NCBI GenBank assembly: GCA_013204185.1
Contig: JABMOI010000035.1
Span: forward strand, 18,265-82,264
DNA from: a bacterium
Lineage (GTDB): Bacteria; Bacteroidota; Rhodothermia; Rhodothermales; UBA10348
Length of the DNA stretch: 64,000 bases
Direction: 5' to 3'
In this document: in pieces, positions 17,009 through 25,203 of the stretch
How the letters are laid out: each line of letters starts with the position of its first letter
How positions within the stretch are numbered: the stretch's first letter is position 1
Notes under the pieces: generated by a model
Databases searched by the model: none
The model's input: the letters and a program-made list of their open reading frames with translations, nothing else
What the model was told of the DNA's origin: nothing
Made by a program: the position numbers and the translations under genes

Positions 17009-20000
17009 ATGAGTCGCACTAAAAACTTCATTTTATTGCTGTTTTTGGCCCTATTTACAGTTCAAGTAAGTATGGCCCAGGATCTAGCAGCCCAAGAAAA
17101 AGCTGAAGATCTAATCGAAGAGGCTCGCTACAGCGAGGCCATCGTCTTGTTGAATTCGATTATTACGCCGAACACGGCCGATACAAGACCACTCCTACTG
17201 CGCGCTGCAGCCCACGAAGGTCGTAATGATTTCATGAGCGCCGCCCGCGACTACGAGCGAGTCCAAACCCTTAATCCAGGAAGCCAAGAAGCGATTGACG
17301 GACTACGTCGCACGCGGCAGACACAATCGGGAAACAATTCAAATTCAGGCCGAAGTAACGCAAATCTGGAAAGCCTCGGCCGCTTGGTTTCATTAAACCC
17401 CGATAACTTGGCCTATCGAATTCGATACGCCGATGCGCTTTCGGATGCGGGTCGCCATCGGGAATCTGCTAAACAGTACGGCGAATACTTAGACAGAACC
17501 CAGGGTACTCCGGACGTTGTGCAAGCCTATCTAATTACGATTGCTGCCTACGAGGGAGACAACGATCTGGGTGAACGTGTCGCAGAAAAGTACACGAAGA
17601 TATACACAACCAACGACGACTTGTGGATGCGTTTAGGCTTTTTCAGAGTTTGGCAAAGCAAGTTCAAAGAAGCGCAGGCGGCATGTGAGCAGGCATTGCT
17701 CTTAAATCCGAACAACCAGGAAGCCAAAGATTGTTTGGGCACAAGCAGTGATCCGAATCGGGGAGGGGGCCAGGTTGTGAGCCAGTACCCCATCGACGTC
17801 ATGTTCAGAGAACTCAAGTCTGACCCAGATAACGATGCAAAGCGGTTTCACCTGGTGGACTTGTTGATTGAAGCAGGCCGGTATTTTGAAGCCAAGCAGC
17901 AACTAGACAAGTTAGCGCCTCGGCACCGAGATTCGGATGAATTGACACAGCGATATACGCTGGTCGAAAACCGTATACAAACCGCGCCGGCTAGGAACAG
18001 TCAGGGCCCGGTTTTTATTGTGGATCGCCTGATTTCTGACTTAAAACGAGACTCAACGAACGCCGAAAAACGATTCCAGTTGGTCGAGCAGTTCATCAAG
18101 TTCGAACGCTACTACGAAGCGTATGACAACCTTGTTATTCTCGAGCCCGAGTTTGGAAATACCCAGAGATGGGCAGGGTTTTTTGTACAAGCGGACGAAG
18201 GACTCATCAAAACTCAGGGTCAATCACCGATTTACCCAGTGGACCGCCATACGTATCGTCTTCGGTATAACCCGAACGATATCGTGACTCGCTATGCCTT
18301 GGTCGATGCCTTGGTCGCCGTTGAGCGTTACGCAGAAGCGTATGACGTTCTCACAAATCCGGCCTATGTAAAGCCGCTCGACCCGGGATATCGTGCACGC
18401 TTACAAGCCATTAACGAAACCCGTTTGAATCGAGCGCTTCAAAAAATTAGAGAACTCGAAGCAGCCGTGGCAACAAATCCTAGTGACGAACCTGCGTGGA
18501 GAGAGCTTCTAGGCCTCTATAAAGTTGTGGATCGTCCGGACGATGTTATTCGAGCCTATGTTCGAGTCATTGAACTGCGCCCTGAGGATCGAGACATTCG
18601 AATTGAATATGTGGACGCTCTCCGAGTGAACGGGTATCCAGAGAAAGCCCTCGCACAGGCAGGATGGTTGGCGGACAGAGATCCGAACAACCCGGTCATT
18701 CACCGAGTATACGTCATGACGCAGTTTGCGCTAGATCAGCTCGATGCGCGTGGCGAAGGGTTTTTAGCTGGACTCCTAGCAGATCGGAATTCAAAAGATG
18801 CCGAACTACTCATTGAAACGTCTGCCTACAGACTCAGGCGTTCGGATCTAGAATCCGCCGAGATTTACCTTAACCGCGCCGAAGTTTTGAACCAGCCTCA
18901 GTTTGCCACGCAAATTGATGCCATGAAGCACCTTATTGCGCGCGAAACGCTCCGATATGAGCAGGAAGAGCAGTTTGCTATCCTGAACGAAGCGCGCCGG
19001 TCAGTTTCGGCCAAAAAGTTTGATCAAGCCATTTCTCAGTATGAACAATACTTTGAAGTCAGGGGAAAACGCACGAGAGATGAGTTAAAAGAACTTGCTG
19101 GCGTTTATGCAGCCAAAAAAGATTACCAGGAGTCGGTGGGTATTTACCAGTCCCTACTCAATGAGGTCTACGAATATGATGTCGCTAAGGAAATGTCTCG
19201 GGTTCAGATTTACCGGGAGGACTATTCAGGCGCTCTTTCAACACTAGAACGTCTGCAACGCGAAAACCCCCGCGATTACGAGGTCCGCTTTATGCAGGCC
19301 GAATCGATGAGGGCGCTAGGACTCTATGCTCAGGCACGGATTATCTACGACGAAGCACTGCTTATGGCAGAGGATTCCGATTACATCGAATCCCGACAGG
19401 TTGGGATTGATATGGATATTCGGGCAGAACTTGTCAAAAGCGGCAAGTGGACACAAAATGACTATGCCGGTATTGTCGTTCCGACTGCAGACGCAACCCG
19501 CTCAAGAGGCGGTGGAACGAGGTACGATCGGTGGGCCCAGGGCATGCAAACGCAGCTCACGTTGCCTATCAAAGCCGTTCTTTCTGCCGGTATTAATTCT
19601 CACTTTATTTCGGGTTCGCGACGTCTCGTTCCTGGATCTGAAATTGTCAGGGGCCGCGTCAACCAAGTTTTTGGTGGAATGTATTTCGACCTGACGCCTC
19701 CTGTTCGATCCGATAAAGCGAGTTACACGAATCGTGTATCGGGCGAAGTCGGTGTGTACGACTATGAAGGCGCGCGAACGGTAGTGTACGGAGGCATCCG
19801 CTATTGGAAGCAGGAGCTTGGTAAGTACTATGGGTCAATGGGCGTCCGGACAGGTGAAGGAACGATCGATTTGTGGTCCGCAGGCGGTGGGCAGTTCAAT
19901 CTGAAATTGACTCAGTTCGACATTCAGGGGACATCGACTACCATCATGCCGGATTCGGTCTTGAAGGTAAACGGATATTTGGCCCTCAATGTGGTTCGAG

Positions 20001-20434
20001 ACAACTTTGGAAACACCGGTTCTTCAACTGATACCAACTTTGGCGACAACATGCGCCTCGAGGCAGCTTACCGCGTGGTAGACTATACCTACTTGGGCCT
20101 CACGTATTATCAGACTTCGTATCGCTCAACGGTCGATACGTATTTCTCTCCTAGGAACTACCAGTCCTACGACTTTTTCATGGAGTACGAGAGAGAATTA
20201 CCACAAGATTGGTATGTCCGAATCAGGGGTGCCATTGGAATTATAGCTAGGAGCTCTGGTTTCGTGGGTCGGCGTTTTGAAGCGGACTACATCAAGCGCA
20301 TGACCAACAACTTCTCCGTAACCCTTCGGACTACGCTTGGGTCATCGACTCGAACACTGGGAAGCGGTTCATCTTCGTTCATCGACCGATACAACACATT
20401 CACATTTAGTGGCGCCCTCTACTGGACGCTATAA
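17009..20434 (+). CDS. EPS locus gene B: TPR-repeat periplasmic scaffold fused to a C-terminal beta-rich (putative beta-barrel) outer-membrane export domain (BcsC/PgaA/PelB-like)
   Basis: 1141 aa. Signal peptide MSRTKNFILLLFLALFTVQVSMAQ. ~800 aa of TPR-like helices with recurrent xDxxNxxxRFxLVxxLIxxxRYxEA units. The last ~330 aa has alternating beta-strand-like sequence rich in G/Y/S/T, ending FSGALYWTL. Confidence 0.72.
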   Translation: MSRTKNFILLLFLALFTVQVSMAQDLAAQEKAEDLIEEARYSEAIVLLNSIITPNTADTRPLLLRAAAHEGRNDFMSAARDYERVQTLNPGSQEAIDGLRRTRQTQSGNNSNSGRSNANLESLGRLVSLNPDNLAYRIRYADALSDAGRHRESAKQYGEYLDRTQGTPDVVQAYLITIAAYEGDNDLGERVAEKYTKIYTTNDDLWMRLGFFRVWQSKFKEAQAACEQALLLNPNNQEAKDCLGTSSDPNRGGGQVVSQYPIDVMFRELKSDPDNDAKRFHLVDLLIEAGRYFEAKQQLDKLAPRHRDSDELTQRYTLVENRIQTAPARNSQGPVFIVDRLISDLKRDSTNAEKRFQLVEQFIKFERYYEAYDNLVILEPEFGNTQRWAGFFVQADEGLIKTQGQSPIYPVDRHTYRLRYNPNDIVTRYALVDALVAVERYAEAYDVLTNPAYVKPLDPGYRARLQAINETRLNRALQKIRELEAAVATNPSDEPAWRELLGLYKVVDRPDDVIRAYVRVIELRPEDRDIRIEYVDALRVNGYPEKALAQAGWLADRDPNNPVIHRVYVMTQFALDQLDARGEGFLAGLLADRNSKDAELLIETSAYRLRRSDLESAEIYLNRAEVLNQPQFATQIDAMKHLIARETLRYEQEEQFAILNEARRSVSAKKFDQAISQYEQYFEVRGKRTRDELKELAGVYAAKKDYQESVGIYQSLLNEVYEYDVAKEMSRVQIYREDYSGALSTLERLQRENPRDYEVRFMQAESMRALGLYAQARIIYDEALLMAEDSDYIESRQVGIDMDIRAELVKSGKWTQNDYAGIVVPTADATRSRGGGTRYDRWAQGMQTQLTLPIKAVLSAGINSHFISGSRRLVPGSEIVRGRVNQVFGGMYFDLTPPVRSDKASYTNRVSGEVGVYDYEGARTVVYGGIRYWKQELGKYYGSMGVRTGEGTIDLWSAGGGQFNLKLTQFDIQGTSTTIMPDSVLKVNGYLALNVVRDNFGNTGSSTDTNFGDNMRLEAAYRVVDYTYLGLTYYQTSYRSTVDTYFSPRNYQSYDFFMEYERELPQDWYVRIRGAIGIIARSSGFVGRRFEADYIKRMTNNFSVTLRTTLGSSTRTLGSGSSSFIDRYNTFTFSGALYWTL

Positions 20435-20565
20435 GCCGGGACCACACGTTCGTGTTCTGGAGCTTTCTTCGCGTTGCGGCCAACAGAAAAATGATGGTCA
20501 TTGCAGCGAAGGCTTTATAACCGGCAAAAACCGCCGATCTATAAAGCCAAAGCAACCCCAAAAAA

Positions 20566-22074
20566 ATGTCTGACGAATCAACAGCTAAATTTCATCCACA
20601 GCGACGCGTCGCTGATCGGGTACCGGCTCAGTCAACGGCTATGCCGGTGACTCGGGATGAGTTTATTCCCGTTCGTCGGAAAGAGGACGACATCCCAACG
20701 GCCACAGAAACCGAATCCATGTTGGTTCGGCGCATGTTTACCTACGGATTTTTGTCCCTGTTTCTATTTGTAGTCATCTACATGTTTCTCTACGATCCCG
20801 GATCGATCCTCTATCGATTCACGGGCTGGGAAGCAACGCTTACCGTAAGCGGTCTTATCGTGTTTTCGTCGATTGTCGCTCTCGTATTGTTCCTCGTGAT
20901 TTTGCTGTTTAGGTATCTGATGCTCATGAATATGGCGTATCTGAATACGACCAAGCACACGGTTGAAACAGGTCACGATTACTCCTTTACGCCCCCAATC
21001 TCCATCATTGTACCCGCTTACAATGAAGGAAAATTGCTTGAAGGCACGGTTCAGTCGTTAGTCGGGATGGACTACCCTAAGTACGAAATTATTCTAGTTG
21101 ATGATGGCTCCAGTGACGACACTAGGGCAGTAGCCCGGACCCTCGTGGGAGTGTATAGAAACGGCGCCGTTGAAGTCAGGTTGGTTGAGAAACCAAACGG
21201 TGGGAAGTCTACCGCTCTGAATGCTGGCATTCAGGTATCTCATTACGACTTTTTGCTCAACGTAGACGGCGACTCCCAGCTTTCCCCTGATACGCTCAGG
21301 AAAACGATTCGTCACTTTGTGGACCCTCGACTGGGCGCCATAGCGGGCAACGTAAAAGTGCTCAATCGAAACAATATTTGGACCACCTTGCAAGCTTTGG
21401 AATACGTGGAGGGGCTGAATATGGCCCGATCTGCTCAATCTATTGTCAAGCTTGTAAACATTATACCGGGACCACTAGGGCTGTTTAGAAAGCAAGCTAT
21501 TGTGGACGCCGGATGGTACAGCTCGGATACGTTCGCAGAAGACGCTGATATCACGCTTAAAATTATACGCGCCGGATGGCGTGTAGAATACGAGCCAGAT
21601 GCTAAAAGCTTTACCGAAGCTCCTGACCGTATTGTAGACTTGCTTAAACAGCGATACCGCTGGACACGAGGCATTCTTCAGGCCGTTAGAAAGCACCGGG
21701 ACCTGTTCTTTAACCCGACCATCAATTTTGGTGGCAGTTTGGTTATGTGGATGATGGCCTTTGAATCTCTGATTTGGCCCATCATGAACGTGTTCGCAAA
21801 CGCCTACTTTATCTTTATCGCTGTCGTTTTCGACATGAGTTACTATTTGGTCTATTGGTGGCTTTCGCTCACCATATTGGACCTTATTGCAGCCTTGTAT
21901 TGTATAGCAGTTGAGAAAGAGGAAGTTCGTCTTGTATTCTACTCCTTGTTCTATCGCCTTTTCTTCATTTTGATGATTGATGTAACGAAGACGTTTGCAA
22001 CCATCGAGGAATTCTTGGGATTCGGTATGAACTGGGGTAAGCTAGAACGAATCGGAACAGGATCGAAGCGTTAA
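20566..22074 (+). CDS. EPS locus gene C: processive family-2 glycosyltransferase, membrane-embedded synthase (PgaC/IcaA/BcsA-core-like, no PilZ domain)
   Basis: 502 aa. ISIIVPAYNEG, VDDGSSDDT, NVDGDSQL (DxD), FAEDAD, and QRYRWTRG (QxxRW, ~21649-21663). Two TM helices before and at least three after the GT domain. ~55-aa Arg-rich N-terminal extension. Confidence 0.88.
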   Translation: MSDESTAKFHPQRRVADRVPAQSTAMPVTRDEFIPVRRKEDDIPTATETESMLVRRMFTYGFLSLFLFVVIYMFLYDPGSILYRFTGWEATLTVSGLIVFSSIVALVLFLVILLFRYLMLMNMAYLNTTKHTVETGHDYSFTPPISIIVPAYNEGKLLEGTVQSLVGMDYPKYEIILVDDGSSDDTRAVARTLVGVYRNGAVEVRLVEKPNGGKSTALNAGIQVSHYDFLLNVDGDSQLSPDTLRKTIRHFVDPRLGAIAGNVKVLNRNNIWTTLQALEYVEGLNMARSAQSIVKLVNIIPGPLGLFRKQAIVDAGWYSSDTFAEDADITLKIIRAGWRVEYEPDAKSFTEAPDRIVDLLKQRYRWTRGILQAVRKHRDLFFNPTINFGGSLVMWMMAFESLIWPIMNVFANAYFIFIAVVFDMSYYLVYWWLSLTILDLIAALYCIAVEKEEVRLVFYSLFYRLFFILMIDVTKTFATIEEFLGFGMNWGKLERIGTGSKR

Positions 22075-22166
22075 TGCCGTCTCAACTGATCGGTCTTTAA
22101 TGAGATTGATTATCCGTGAAAGAGTTGAGCTTGCGTCTCATTTTGAGTCATTTCAAAATAAAAACA

Positions 22167-22200
22167 GCTAAATAAGGCTAAATAAAGCGAAAAAAGGCTG
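22167..22200. promoter_or_regulatory. 10-bp-phased A-tracts (GCTAAATAAG / GCTAAATAAA / GCGAAAAAAG / GCTGG)
   Basis: Read directly: three successive 10-bp units, each starting GC and followed by an A-run, immediately upstream of the -24-like element at ~22213. Confidence 0.35.
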
Positions 22201-22212
22201 GCGTACGATTTT

Positions 22213-22228
22213 AGGCACGGAGATTGTA
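22213..22228 (+). promoter_or_regulatory. sigma-54-type -24/-12 promoter candidate (P2, upstream of EPS gene D)
   Basis: tAGGCACGgagaTTGTa: GGCACG-N4-TTG with the same spacing as P1. One mismatch in each half relative to TGGCACG-N4-TTGC. ~50 nt upstream of the ATG at 22278. Confidence 0.3.
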
Positions 22229-22277
22229 GTAACCGAGTTAATCACTATAGATTGCCCACTTTAAGGCCCATAGAATC

Positions 22278-22715
22278 ATGGAACTTGTTCCGATCTTATC
22301 AACCATTATCCTTGTAGGAACCATCGCGACATTCATTTTGGCTGTCGCCGCCTACATCCTGTACAAAGTTCGGGAACGCCGAGCTCGCGAAGACAACATC
22401 GTCTCAACGCAGTATGTGCAGGAACCTCACGTCCTGGTCGCACCACAGCAAACATCGTTTGGTATTCCTGCTCAGCAGCAAGTACCTGCAACGAATGTGT
22501 TTGTAGGGCCGAGAATGTCGCAGCCTTCTCAGCAGGCTCCCAATGTCATGGTAAACCAGCCGCAGCAAATTCAGCAGCCACCTGCTGAGCCTCAGAATTC
22601 CCTTTTCTGGGAGTACACGGACGAAGGGTTTGTCCCCGTCCAGCCTGAGGAAGCTTCCCGTCATACCGACAAGCAGGAAGAGAAGAAAGAAGACGAAGGC
22701 TTCGCCTGGTTGTAG
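22278..22715 (+). CDS. EPS locus gene D: single-pass membrane protein with Q/P-rich disordered cytoplasmic tail and two acidic DEGF motifs
   Basis: 145 aa. TM helix ILSTIILVGTIATFILAVAAYILY followed by KVRERRARED (positive-inside). The tail is PQQTSFGIPAQQQVP...NQPQQIQQPPAEPQ, then YTDEGFVPV and EDEGFAWL at the C-terminus. Confidence 0.55.
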   Translation: MELVPILSTIILVGTIATFILAVAAYILYKVRERRAREDNIVSTQYVQEPHVLVAPQQTSFGIPAQQQVPATNVFVGPRMSQPSQQAPNVMVNQPQQIQQPPAEPQNSLFWEYTDEGFVPVQPEEASRHTDKQEEKKEDEGFAWL

Positions 22716-22854
22716 GGAATCAATAGGTGACTTGGCTTTCTGCCGCACCTATTTACCCTAGGGCCCAATAATCCATGGGCGATAGGCTTTCTGCACTTTG
22801 GAAAATGTTTATCCGGTCGATACCTGATTAAGCAGACTTTCATCTACTTCAACC

Positions 22855-25200
22855 GTGTCCACAATGCGTAACCTTCAATTAGAAAGAGTAAGTACCATCT
22901 GGTTTCTTACGCTAGGGCTAACTTCCTTAGCGGCGGCCATCTTGGTATACATTCTCCTTCTCGAAAGTGCGCTGGGTGCATTCAAGATTCAGGATGCGTC
23001 CCCGATGAAAATCGGAGAGGATACTCGGCCACGTGTGGCTTTGCTCAACAGCAACTATACGAAGAATGCTCATCGAGCTCTTTCTTATCGAGACACGAGC
23101 ACAGCGTGGGTAGATCAAACGCTGCTCAGTTGGAGAGAATTCCTGATCAAGCAAAGCCCTGCTATCCCGTTCGAGGATATCAGGGACGACCAGCTTGAAA
23201 ATGGGGAATTGGACGATTTTGAAGTACTCATTTTACCTTCATCTCGGGCGCTCAGTGATTTGCAAATACGGCAGATTCAGGAGTTTATGCAACGAGGCGG
23301 AAGCGTTTTAGCTACGTGGACCTCAGGTGTGTACCGCGAAGACGGAACGTGGAGGGGCTGGAATTTTATTGAAGATACCTTTGGTGTCAAGTTTGAAGGT
23401 TTTGTCGAGCGAGGAAACTGGAATTTCAGGATCTATTCAGACACCTTCCCCGGGTACACGCCACCCGGAATTTACCTTCCGAAGTACGTAACTGAGTCTA
23501 AAAACTTCATTCCACCGACATCCACAGATGCCGCTGCAAATGACGCTAGATACAAACGTCAGCAGCAAGAATCGGCCAAAGATGCTGATTTTGCACCCCT
23601 TCGGGATTATTCGTGGTTTGACTCGCTCAATACGGCGAGGCCTACAGTAGACTTCGCCAGAGCCAATCCAATTGTAGCAAATATGCGCGATCTGGATGGG
23701 GTTGTTCGAGAACAAGATGCCGTTGTGGTCTCTTACTTCACGTATACAGGATTCGATCAGGACCGTGAAATTCCGTATCCACGCACGAGCAACGGAATCA
23801 GGCGCTTAACGCTTCGATCCAATACGCCTCTCACAGCCGATATTCCCAGTGGGTACCGGGTCAAGATTCAGGTATATAATCCGGGTGTCAAGGTCAGTAT
23901 TGCGGAGCCCGAGCGCGCAACAGCGGCCGGCTTTTGGTATGATTTTGCAACCGATAACATTGTAGGCGCGGACAATCCATACAACACTACGGGACTGGTG
24001 CACGGAACGTACGGCGAGGGCCGGTTCGTGTACATGGGATTCCAGCGTGATGCGATGGGAGTTGGACCGTGTGTGGGCAACTCAGGTGATAGGGAGGACT
24101 GTGAGGCAATGCAGTATTTCTTCAGGAATACTATGAATTACCTACGTCGAACGCCTACCATCTGGGTTCACGACTGGCCATTTGCAAAAGATGGTGCCAC
24201 TATGATTACAGGGGCAACCAACACAGAGCGAGGAATCGCGGCTTTTGCGCCCATTGCAGACATTTTAGAAGCTGAGAAAGCTCCGGGAACGTACTTCGTT
24301 GCACCAGAACAAGGTTCTCGGTACTCATCCTTGTTGCAACGCCTGCACAGACAAGGAGATGTTGCCGTCTATGATTCGCTTCGCGTAGAAGCGGATGGAT
24401 TACCTCAAAACCAAGTCGCGCGCCTCAGAAGGCTCCGAGTTATGCTTGAGGGCCTCGTTAACGGACGAGTTCAGGGCTATCGATCCACTGAGCGAGGTCT
24501 TGTAGGTATTAACACCATGGGTGGCCTGGTTCAAGCCGACTACACCTACTTTTTGCCCGACTCTATTGGAAGGCGCATCACACCTAAAATTATGGGGGAC
24601 GAGTATTCGCCCCTAACTCGAATTGGGACTACTCAGCATTCCGATCACGACATTGTGAAAGGGCTTCAGGGTTCATCCTCCGACTTAATGAATTCTCTTT
24701 TGCACGAATCGCTTGAGCGGGTTCACTATGAGGGTGGTTTATACAATTTAGTGTATGACCCCGAATTGTTGGGATCGCCAGCTAACATCGGAACGCTTAA
24801 AAGTTTGGTTCAAGACGCCAAGTCAAAGAATATGTGGATCGCCTCTGGGGACTCAATTGCCCATTGGTGGCGCCTCAAACGCGCAATTAACTCGGCCGTT
24901 GAACAGCGCAGCCCGTCCCGAATATTTGTCCGCATATCAAACGACAACGGTAGCACGGCAAAAGAAGTGACCGTAAGTATTGCGCTTGGCCGTTCAGTCG
25001 CGGCGGTAAACGTCCGTCCTGAGCTAATCAACATATTTAAGCCTGTTCCGGATGACGTGGACATTCCTCCGTACGTGCTGCGTGAGAATGGCACGGTACT
25101 GGAATTGTCTATTCGAGAACTAAAGCCACAACAATACAGGATCTACCATATTGACTTATTGGGCCCAGAAATGGCCTCAAATGCCGGGAGTAGGAAGTAA
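22855..25200 (+). CDS. EPS locus gene E: membrane-anchored periplasmic protein, alpha/beta domain + NodB/CE4-like core lacking canonical catalytic residues + C-terminal beta-sandwich
   Basis: 781 aa (GTG at 22855; ATG at ~22864 is also possible). N-terminal TM helix. DDFEVLILPSSRALSDLQIRQIQEFMQRGGSVLAT. CE4-like layout ATMITGATN...ADILEAEKAPGTYFVAPE...HRQGDVAVYDS...GYRSTERG. Paralogous to gene F. Confidence 0.55.
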   Translation: MSTMRNLQLERVSTIWFLTLGLTSLAAAILVYILLLESALGAFKIQDASPMKIGEDTRPRVALLNSNYTKNAHRALSYRDTSTAWVDQTLLSWREFLIKQSPAIPFEDIRDDQLENGELDDFEVLILPSSRALSDLQIRQIQEFMQRGGSVLATWTSGVYREDGTWRGWNFIEDTFGVKFEGFVERGNWNFRIYSDTFPGYTPPGIYLPKYVTESKNFIPPTSTDAAANDARYKRQQQESAKDADFAPLRDYSWFDSLNTARPTVDFARANPIVANMRDLDGVVREQDAVVVSYFTYTGFDQDREIPYPRTSNGIRRLTLRSNTPLTADIPSGYRVKIQVYNPGVKVSIAEPERATAAGFWYDFATDNIVGADNPYNTTGLVHGTYGEGRFVYMGFQRDAMGVGPCVGNSGDREDCEAMQYFFRNTMNYLRRTPTIWVHDWPFAKDGATMITGATNTERGIAAFAPIADILEAEKAPGTYFVAPEQGSRYSSLLQRLHRQGDVAVYDSLRVEADGLPQNQVARLRRLRVMLEGLVNGRVQGYRSTERGLVGINTMGGLVQADYTYFLPDSIGRRITPKIMGDEYSPLTRIGTTQHSDHDIVKGLQGSSSDLMNSLLHESLERVHYEGGLYNLVYDPELLGSPANIGTLKSLVQDAKSKNMWIASGDSIAHWWRLKRAINSAVEQRSPSRIFVRISNDNGSTAKEVTVSIALGRSVAAVNVRPELINIFKPVPDDVDIPPYVLRENGTVLELSIRELKPQQYRIYHIDLLGPEMASNAGSRK

Positions 25201-25203
25201 TTC

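Noticed and set aside
20455-20480. TGGAGCTTTCTTCGCG upstream of gene C as a third sigma-54-like site
   Set aside because: It keeps only the GG and GC dinucleotides, with three mismatches elsewhere. GG-N10-GC alone is too frequent by chance to report as a feature.
20596-20625. RRVADR (RRxxxR) in the N-terminal extension of the GT2 synthase as half of a PilZ c-di-GMP motif
   Set aside because: No (D/N)xSxxG second motif follows, and the segment is far too short for a PilZ beta-barrel. I treat it as a coincidental basic patch.
22100-22159. 19-codon mini-ORF (MRLIIRERVELASHFESFQNK) between genes C and D as a leader peptide
   Set aside because: It is too short to support without conservation or ribosome-profiling data. 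The same sequence is explained by the complementary RNA segments noted in the findings.
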